Below are positions 54,996-64,000 of a stretch of DNA of 64,000 bases, piece after piece. The number at the start of each line of letters is the position of its first letter. Position 1 is the first letter of the stretch. The stretch comes from Mytilus trossulus. Taxonomy: Eukaryota. Made by a program: the position numbers and the translations under genes. The notes beneath the pieces were generated by a model. It did not search any database and was not told the DNA's origin. It saw only the letters and a program-made list of their open reading frames with translations. The stretch is from the NCBI RefSeq assembly GCF_036588685.1, contig NC_086386.1:55118001-55182000 (forward strand), in the 5' to 3' direction.

Positions 54996-57900
54996 TTCGC
55001 CGCGTGTCATTAAGAAGAATCGAATAAACTTTTCGAGCCAATTTACTAAAATGGCTGAAGAGTCTGTTTATGTTTGCTTAAAAGAAAAAGACATGTTCTC
55101 CTACATGTCCCATGTTTATTCAAACATTTACCGTTATTTTTAAGACAAATAATATTTTATTTCATTTGTACATAATTAGCAAAGAAAAATAAACATTATG
55201 CTGTAGACATTTTACGAGCCATTTTCAGTCAATCAATAAAGTAGCATTTATTTGACGATGTGTGTTCACTTTCATTTCATTATTTTTCCATACACAAAAG
55301 TAGCTTTAAAACCACTAAAAGCATATTGTCAGACAACAAATATGATTGCTTTTAGTTAAACAAGATAGTCTATATTGCGATGGGCGTGGGTGTGGGATGC
55401 GATACGGCATTTATTTCTGTATTCTTTATTTTTTTAAATCATTTTTATCTATATTGCGCTTAATTCTCTATATATTCTCTATTTTAGAGCAATAGTTTCA
55501 TCCTTGACGATAATTCTGGTGTTTTGTTGGGCTTTTTTTTTTGGAGGGGGGGGTATTTTTCGTTTGGTCCCTTTATTTTTCTTTCTCCATCATCAAACCC
55601 CATCCAGACCCTTAAACCTGTAAAGCAAACATAATTTGTGGCTATTTTATTCCATCCATTGTAACATGCCATAGTGTCGTGTTAAAGAAACCCCGTAGAG
55701 ACAATACCAAACGAAAACTTAGAGTTATCTTATGTGCAATGCGTCACCAATTGACACACTTAGAGGTCGGATTCTTTATGTTGACTCATTCTAAAAGAGC
55801 TAGCATGTTAAAATAAAGTTTGTCGGCGGAATGCATAGCGACGATCTAAGTAATATCGTATGGATATCATATGTTCCCATCGAGATACACATTTAATATA
55901 TGTCAGTGGGCGTTGCACATCAGTTCGGTCAATCATTTAAATGTTTGTGAAAATTTATCCATCCCTCTTTCCTAATGAATGCAACCATCCAGTAAGAAAG
56001 TCTTTAATATAGCTGTACCAGTGTTGATTCTAACGTCGCAGAGTACTTAACCATCCCTGTTAAGCTTTTGAATGTTTAGGTGTAAACTTTTCTGATGATT
56101 ATGAATCCTGAAAGTGACTAGGATGATGTACAATTTAAAAGGGTGTTTATTTCATTTACGTGCAAAAAATAGAGCAAAAGTGTCTAAAGATTAAAAAATA
56201 AATAAATGAGGCACCCCATCCTCCTAAATCCAGACTTCATAAATATAAAATTGAGAATGGAAATGGGGAATATATTAAAGAGACAATAACCCGACCAGCA
56301 TTCGATGGTCGTCGATGCGTCTACATGGCATCAATAAAATCCCGCATCCGGAGGTGGGCCTCGGCTGCCCTCAGCTGGCATCCAAATAAAAAATTGTAAA
56401 GTTCAGTGAAAGCGACAGTCACACTTATCTCATAGACAAATGTTTTTAAAAAACATACAAAGGCCAGACGTTCCATATATGGAAAAGGCGTTAAAATGCG
56501 GCGGGGTAAATTATTTTTTATGAGATTTATCCTCTCCGTTTTGCTATACCGCAAGCCAACGCAGAATAAAGAAACTTAAAGTAAAACTGAGTTAAAAAGA
56601 AGTCCAATTCCGTTGTACATTTGTAAGATCAGTTCTTAAACATGTTCATGATGTTTAAAGATCATCATTTCTAAATATTCAATACGAAACGAAAAATCAC
56701 TTTTCCTCCTGAAAACGCGGGGATCAAGCTTATTTATGAATTGTTCAGAGATATAGATCATAATGCACTGCTTGTACTGGTAAATAAAGCAACAACACTG
56801 ATGGAAATAAATTGTTTTTAATTTAAGTTGTCTACCATGGAAAGAGTATTTAAAGTCTCATCAAAAAGTGTTTGCATTGTTGTCAACTTATTATATAACG
56901 TTGATAATTGATTTTGATATAATATAAGGATATTTGAACAAGGATAAACAAAAACACAATACCGCATAATTTGTTTTGGATATTTAGCGACGAATTACTG
57001 AAGTTCGTTTGTAGATAGATATTTTAAATGCTATTATCAAACGTATGTCGTAGTGGGTGACATTGATTTTAATGTTTTTTTATTTATTTGTAGCGAGGAA
57101 CGCAAGAAAATTAAGCTTATTTCCGTATAATGAACGAAATTTTGTTTCATGTTTTTTGATTATCTTCTCTGAATGGAAAAACTTCCGCATGTTGTGCCTT
57201 GACCTCGTAACATGTAACAATTGATATTTTTTCTTTGAAATTCACCTTCGTTTATATCGTGTTTTACGTTTCTAAGCGTTTATACATAATGAATAGGTTT
57301 CAAATGTATGTTTTACCGCTCCCGATGAAAATTATCCAGAAATGCTGTTCGCACGCACGGTATAAATTAAACGTTTTTTTTATTATTCACAGGAAGCCTA
57401 ACCACAATGAAACGTTAAATAAACGTTAGAATATAATACATACATTGCATTTGACATTAACCTAGCAGGGCACTTTGCAATACTTTTCCCTTTTCACAAA
57501 TGTGACCTACCGATCGCGACTATTTACTGGATTTGTAATAACACAAGCAACATGACGGATGCATCATGTGAAGCAGGACTTTCTTACCCTTCTGGAGCAC
57601 CAGAGATCACCCCAATAGTTGGTGTGATTCGGATATCTTAGTCTTACGTTTTCTATGTTGTGTCTTGTTTACTATTATTTTTCTGTTTGACTGTCCCTCT
57701 GGTATATTTCGCCCTTCTTTTGAAAGGCGCCTGAAATATTCTATTTTACACGAGAAACCTCTTCTTGGCTTTTCTTTTTTGGTATCGTGTTTTCTACTTA
57801 TGTAACCATACATTTGATCATAAGATGATGAAAGAAGTTTTAGTGACCTTGACTGACTATACAGGTCTAAGTACAAATGGCCATGGATGTCTCGAAATTC

Positions 57901-59453
57901 GTTTATGAATTTTTAAGATAACCAATATTCGTACTCATGGTACTGTGATATTGACACAACAAAAAATATTTTTAGCAAATATTTGAAAAGTTGTATGATA
58001 CCGGAATTGACACTATTTGATATCAACAAACTCAGTAACAGTTTATATATATATTGAAGATTGTCACTTGAGAGTATTCATATAAGTACGGTTTTGTGAG
58101 ATCAGTATAATTGTGAAAATTGTCGCTATGAATTACATCGCCCGTAAATACTTCTTAGAAAAGGCAGTGAAATGTTGCCATAGATGACAGTTTTATTGTG
58201 TTTGTTAATTACGATACAAGCCATGTAACGGTATCTGCGCATATTTTGAGTTTCACGATTCATCGCTTTCCTTTTGCGTTTGGAAACCTACACTTATAGG
58301 GATTGATGTTAATAGGGACAACACGTATGACTATTTTATTAATTGTGACTGTTTATTTAACGCATCATGTAAATGTGGAGGAATTTGATGAGACTGTTAT
58401 TAAAGTGAAAGGGTTAGCGCTATAGAACCAGGATTAATCCACCATTTTCTACATTTGAAAATGCCTGTACCAAGTCAGGAATATGACAGTTCTTGTCCAT
58501 TTGTTTTTGATGCGTTTTGTTTTTTGATTTTGCCATGTGATTATGGACTTTCCAAATTGATTTTCCTCTGAGTTCAGTATTTTTGTGATTTTACTTTTTA
58601 GCAAACATTTGAAGTGTTTCTTTTTGAATCTAGAACACATGTACTCTATGCCCAAGAAACTATGTATCTTACTTTATCAAAGCATTAAAGCATGAAGTTT
58701 GGTTAAATTTCAAAGAAAATTGATTTATTTTTTATTCAAAATTCCGGTTGACAATATTTCAGCTTATTGATGAAACAAAATAAACCGTAAATACATAAAA
58801 AAAATCTTCTGAAAAACTGAATGGGCGAGTAATTGCTGATAATTAGGACCATTTTATATTCTAACTACATGACCTTTTGTTGATCATCTCAGTCATGGTG
58901 TATATGTTTTAATTGTGCGTACATGCATAGAAGTGACACATTTCCGTAGAAAAATCAATGTCGGAATAAATCATGACATCTAGGAATATTCCTGTACCAT
59001 GAAATAAAAAGCAGCAATGAAATTACAGATACCTTATTTCCGGTGATTATTTTGATTGACTTATTTTATTATCTTACTAGAGCAACGACCAGTGTAATGT
59101 TTTGAAAATAAAGTCACACAGATGAATTATATGGAAATTGTTTTGTTTACAATAGAATGATTGATAATTTTCTTCCAGCAACATTCTGCGGACGTGACCA
59201 ATCACATTTTACAGTGTATTTAGTCAACATTTCTATTTTTAAAACATACTATGTATACGTTGTTGTTTATGTCAAACTTGCGACAAAGTGTCAAACATAA
59301 TATCGGTCACAAACAAGAGTTGTGATTATTCATCGAGGTGATCCAGATATTTTTCGTATAACGCTTTGAAAGTAAAACTGTTATACGAAACATTCATAAA
59401 AACAACTATAGGTCACAAAACAAACTTTAATAATAATCATACACCAATACGCA

Positions 59454-59921
59454 TACAAATCGTCGCTGGGCTTCTTAAATGTCGTATATGACTTTTTTGG
59501 CTAAAAGTATTTTTTGACACAAATGGTCTGGGCGGGAGAAAATCTTTGGTATTACAAAATAGCATACAGTTAGACCAATCAAAATGTGTGAAATAAGACA
59601 TAATACAAAATTGCCAATGTCAGTTGTTTGTAAAGTTTGCTTCCAAAATGTTGTATGAAAACTTGAAAATCGTTGTAGAATGGCTTTGGGAAAAAAATAA
59701 TTGTACATTTCTTTATTCCTGTGAAAATAGTTTAAGTTCTTGGATAATCCAAAAATGTCAAAGTTTTTATTTCACTGCTATTTACAAAAATGTTCAAATT
59801 CACATACAACATTTTGAAAGCATGCATTTGCCAAAATTTTCAAAGGCTGTTTATGAGATATTTTTTCCTTGAAAAATTTGTAATTTACAACATTTTAGAA
59901 GCCAAGCGACGAAATGCTGTA
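59454..59921. mobile_element. MITE with ~33-bp imperfect TIRs and TA flanks (Tc1/mariner-like)
   Basis: TCGTCGCTGGGCTTCT at ~59460 versus AGAAGCCAAGCGACGA at ~59897. Confidence 0.65.
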
Positions 59922-60176
59922 AAAACTCCCAAGTTGACAAAATGTAAAAAAATCAAAATGCCTTGTCGACAAAACTAACAATGCTGGGACAAAACAAATG
60001 GCAAAAGATAGGGATACTAAACACCTAGCAATACAAATCCAATTATGTAAAAATCAATGACTATCTCATATGCTCAAGAAGGGCTATCTTTTAAAACTCG
60101 TTAACTTACGAGAGTGTTGGTCTTTCTGTTGAATGATAGATAACCGTTGTTAAAAGTACAAATGTATTATGTTTAA

Positions 60177-60746
60177 AGTCATAAGAAACCTCAAGTAAAA
60201 AAAAATTATTGCATATGTTTTTTATAACTCAATGGATAGTTTTCATTATAAAACTTATGTACATATACTTTTTCTGAAGAATTGTTTTTAATTTATTCAT
60301 ATTTAGAAGAAGTTTACTTTATTTGAATTGCTTCCTTCCAGCAAGCTATTCCTCCGACATATTTTCCGTATGCAAGGTGACCTCAGTGTGACCCATCTCG
60401 TAAATATCCGGTGACCACAATACGCATGGATGTCCTTAAAATAAACTATTATCTGTATTTACATGTTAATCATGTGCTCAATTTCCATGCTTTTTTGTTT
60501 ATTTTTCGTCAATTGTTGACAAACAGGTGACAATCGTTAAACCTTGTCTTCAAAACACGAACTTTAATTACCTGCCATATTTTCACAACAACACTGACCG
60601 ATTGAAAAAAAAATGACGATTATACGAAATTTACACGAAAAAAATGATAAATTCGAGTACAGAAGCCTAAGTTTATGATGTTTGTATGCGTTGGTTCAAG
60701 AATTGGAAGAACATTATTTTTCACCGGTCACTCGTTTCTTATGACT
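60177..60746. mobile_element. Non-autonomous TIR DNA transposon, Kolobok-like
   Basis: 13-bp perfect TIR AGTCATAAGAAAC / GTTTCTTATGACT flanked by TTAA at 60173-60176 and 60747-60750; AG..CT termini. Confidence 0.78.
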
Positions 60747-62698
60747 TTAAGAAAACATTCGATGCAATCCATTCAATTGATGATCTTTTAATCGTTGTTT
60801 AAAACCGTCTCTAAAAAAATCTCAAAAGCCGTTTTAAAGACTAAACTGTAACTATATGGTACATTGTATCATTGTTTTCTTGTTGTTTCTATCAATTTCC
60901 TGTATTACCTGAATAGTAGAGCCATTACCCTGTGTTATCCTAATTCCATCATGAAATCAACCCATCAATGCGATGAAAAATATGACAGCTATCAAAAGTT
61001 CATCTCTTATCTGCCGCTTATGAAAAAAATCTTATTATTTCATAGATCATACATATTTCCGGTAGGAAATAGTCATGACTATCATAGGACTTGTATATTA
61101 CTAGAAAAGCATCGATAAATAAAACACGATCAGCTGAACTATATGTGTATTAACTTTGATGTCAAAAGATAAGGAGACGAATCTTGAACTTTTTACTGTC
61201 GTGACCAAGGTCTTTCAATCTCACACATGAATAAGATTGAAAATGTGATATGAATAGTTAAACCATGAAACAAGAACATTTCATGTACTGTGAAGCTTTG
61301 ACAATGCATTTTATGTTCGCGTATTGATTTGAATGCATCTTTTAAGAAATTATTATAATTGTCTTTATTACCAACTAAGAAGCAACAAGGGTAACAAAAA
61401 GAAAACACGACATAAAACCTATACACTTATATTCTAAGAGTCATAACGAAGGCATACACTGGTGGATTATTCTCAATTTATATTGTGTGTATGTTCCAGT
61501 AGTTGTATTGATTAAAGTGTCCTGCCTTTCACTTGGATTTTCTGACAAATTTATGCTATTTGCATTATCAGTAGAATATAAGGAGTCAAGTTAACCACCT
61601 GTTGTCATTTGGGTTATTTTGTCCTTGGATATCAGTTTTATTGACGTGTGTACCACACATCTTCTGTAATTCATATTTGTAAAAAGGTGATCAGGATAAA
61701 TATTGTATGTAACATTATTATAAGTTTATTTTAAGACAGAAGCACTGCCTTCAAATAACACTGAGATCACTTATGCATGCATATTACGACATCTTGGTTA
61801 TAAGCATAAAATCAAAGTACTTTTCATCCCTCTAAGCAAACATGTCATCATTAAAAGTACAAAAATGTTAATATGTATTGATTATAATTTCAAAATATAT
61901 TAATTTTCTTGATAATCAAATAAATTCAAAATTAGTCCAAACACTTGCAATGCACACTTAATTTAAAAATAAGCCTTTTTGGATATTTCATGATCAGTAC
62001 ATCAGTTCTTTTCAATAAAATTTCCAAATGATGATTATATATTCAATGCTTTCTCAACAAATACAACATTCTAGTAAGAATGATTTGTCTTGTCAGTCTG
62101 GCCAAATCCAGTAAGCAAAAGCAGGGACAGTCTATACTATATAGTAAAGAAAATCCCTATCTAAATTAGACTTTCACATTTCCCTTCCATCTGATAGAAG
62201 TCTACGCAGGTAATTCAATTCATGTAACAAAAACAATGTTAGAACTAGGAAAGTATGTGAACATACAAGATTAATAGTAGGTAATTTAAATCTTATATTT
62301 ATCAATTATTGGTCTTCTATTAAGTTGGCTCGTTTAATCTTCAAAACATTTAGACAAAACATTTACTTTGTCAAAAAGACAAAAAAAAAATAACCTTAAA
62401 AGACTTAAACAAACACTTTATTGGAAATATCTCAGTAGATGTAAAAGTAGTTTAAGAAACACTTATTCGAATCATTTGATGCAAAATATTTTCATACACA
62501 AAAAAGACGTGATAAAAAAGTTCAGCTGATTTTTACACACATATATCTCTACATTTTATATGAAGTGCTATATACCACCTTTAATTTTCAAAAAGTATAT
62601 CATGGAATAACTAATATAACGTTAGCGTCTTATAAACTAAACTTTCTACGTACTAACTTTTTTTAAAAGTTATCAAAGGTACCAGGATTATAATTCAG

Positions 62699-62745
62699 TA
62701 CGCCAGACGCGCGTTTCGTCTACGTAAGACTCGTCAGTGACCTTC
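62699..62745 (-). ncRNA. Hammerhead ribozyme (CUGACGA variant, intact core) within a repeat fragment at ~62668-62800
   Basis: Minus strand GTCA-CTGACGA-GTC(TTACGTA)GAC-GAAA-CGCGCG-TC/TGGCGT. Confidence 0.82.
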
Positions 62746-64000
62746 ATATCAAAATATTTATAAAGCCAAACAAGTAAAAAGTTGAAAAGCATTGAGGATT
62801 ATAAATGACAACGATTTTTGTTTAGTTCTGCAAAGGAAGTTCAAATTATAACATCTGTAAATATTTAAATGTAACGACTACATATTAGTCTCTGCGTTTG
62901 TTGCTCGAAGGCACATGTAGGTCTCTTGCTGCGTTTTGTCTTTTTCTAAGTTTAGAATGGACTTTTCGCTGAAGTTTTAGTTTTTGAACCGCACACTCTT
63001 GAACGAAATGCATACAGTTCGTGACCATTGCTTTATAAGTGTTAGATTTGGAGTGGTCTGGATATTAAATGTACTTTAAATGTTATCGGAGATTCCTTAA
63101 TATCTTTAGATAAATATATGTAGAACATGTTGATGTAGACTTTCACTTTGTACTTGTACGTTCGATTAGGTACTTAATATTATATGAATTGGCAGATTGA
63201 TTGACAGCAATAAACAATCAAAATTTAAAGTGGTTATCACAAGTATCTATAAGATCCCCCAACATTTCATTTTGTAAAGGCAATAACTTAAGGTAATTCA
63301 TAAATGTCAGTTTAGAATTCAGTACCATGCGAACTTACATTTTATTTAAAAGTACATTAATTTAGACCTATAAACTTATCAGCTTTCTGTTAATGAAATC
63401 AAATAATTGTGACAAAAATTTGAACTGAAATTGAAAGTCTTTCAAACAAACACAAATTAATTGGTTTATTCCAGCGCATTTGTTGACCTAGTGGTATAGA
63501 TCACAATTCAACGAATTATTATTGTTATTCAAATGTTCCGTATACACATGACATATCTGGCAATGGTGCAATAGTCATTCGGATCTCTCAAGTGATGAAC
63601 TCACATCCTCAGTGTTGACAGTAAACATTCATTAAAGATATGAAATACTTAAAATAAAAATTGGAAACCAAGGTTTTAAATTGAACCCAAATATTAAATA
63701 TTTTCATTGTTCGGTTTCTGTCGCAATTAGGATTTCCCATACTATCGTGTAATTCATTCACGTTTGATTATTTAGGCTTTACTTTTGTCATAATTATATT
63801 TTTTAACTATGATTCGTAAATTGTTAATTACGACAATAACACATACAAAGACCTAGAGGATTACGCTAAACTGTAGACTAAATAATTCCACTCATCGGGG
63901 GAGTGATAACAACATGAAAATGTAAAACCATGCTAGTAGTTAGCAATCATACTTTCATATTTCATTTAGGTTTTGGATATATGAAATACAGAGATATGAT

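Larger units (their letters stand above)
37736..64000 (+). repeat. Segmental duplication, copy 2 (expanded by insertions; continues off the window edge)
   Basis: Same blocks in the same order and orientation as 2178-15880. Confidence 0.9.

Noticed and set aside
1-64000. Most 60-120 aa ORFs in the six-frame track
   Set aside because: F/I/L/K/Y-rich composition typical of random AT-rich DNA, many non-ATG starts, no motifs, often inside repeats

Overview
AT-rich eukaryotic (animal) genomic DNA, mostly non-coding and repeat-rich. The repeat families look like those of a bivalve mollusc (Mytilus-like); this is inference from recall, not a search. Main contents: (1) a complete but decayed 4.87-kb tyrosine-recombinase (DIRS-order, PAT-like) retrotransposon at 50128-54995 (-), with split direct repeats, gag-RT-RNaseH-MT and a YR gene that appears to need splicing to gag; (2) one plausible host gene, an intronless 121-aa ORF at 28077-28442 (+), with a TATA/Inr promoter, NF-kB/IRF/CRE/ETS-like sites and a 3' UTR dense in perfect hairpins, miRNA seed matches and AU-rich elements; (3) several minimal type-I hammerhead ribozymes in a ~356-bp retrozyme-like repeat; (4) an old colinear segmental duplication (~2.2-15.9 kb vs ~37.7-64 kb) whose copies differ by transposon insertions and share short highly conserved non-coding blocks; (5) Penelope-like fragments, MITEs, a Helentron-like element, tRNA-derived repeats and local duplications. 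Almost all other ORFs in the supplied track look spurious. Identities were judged by eye.
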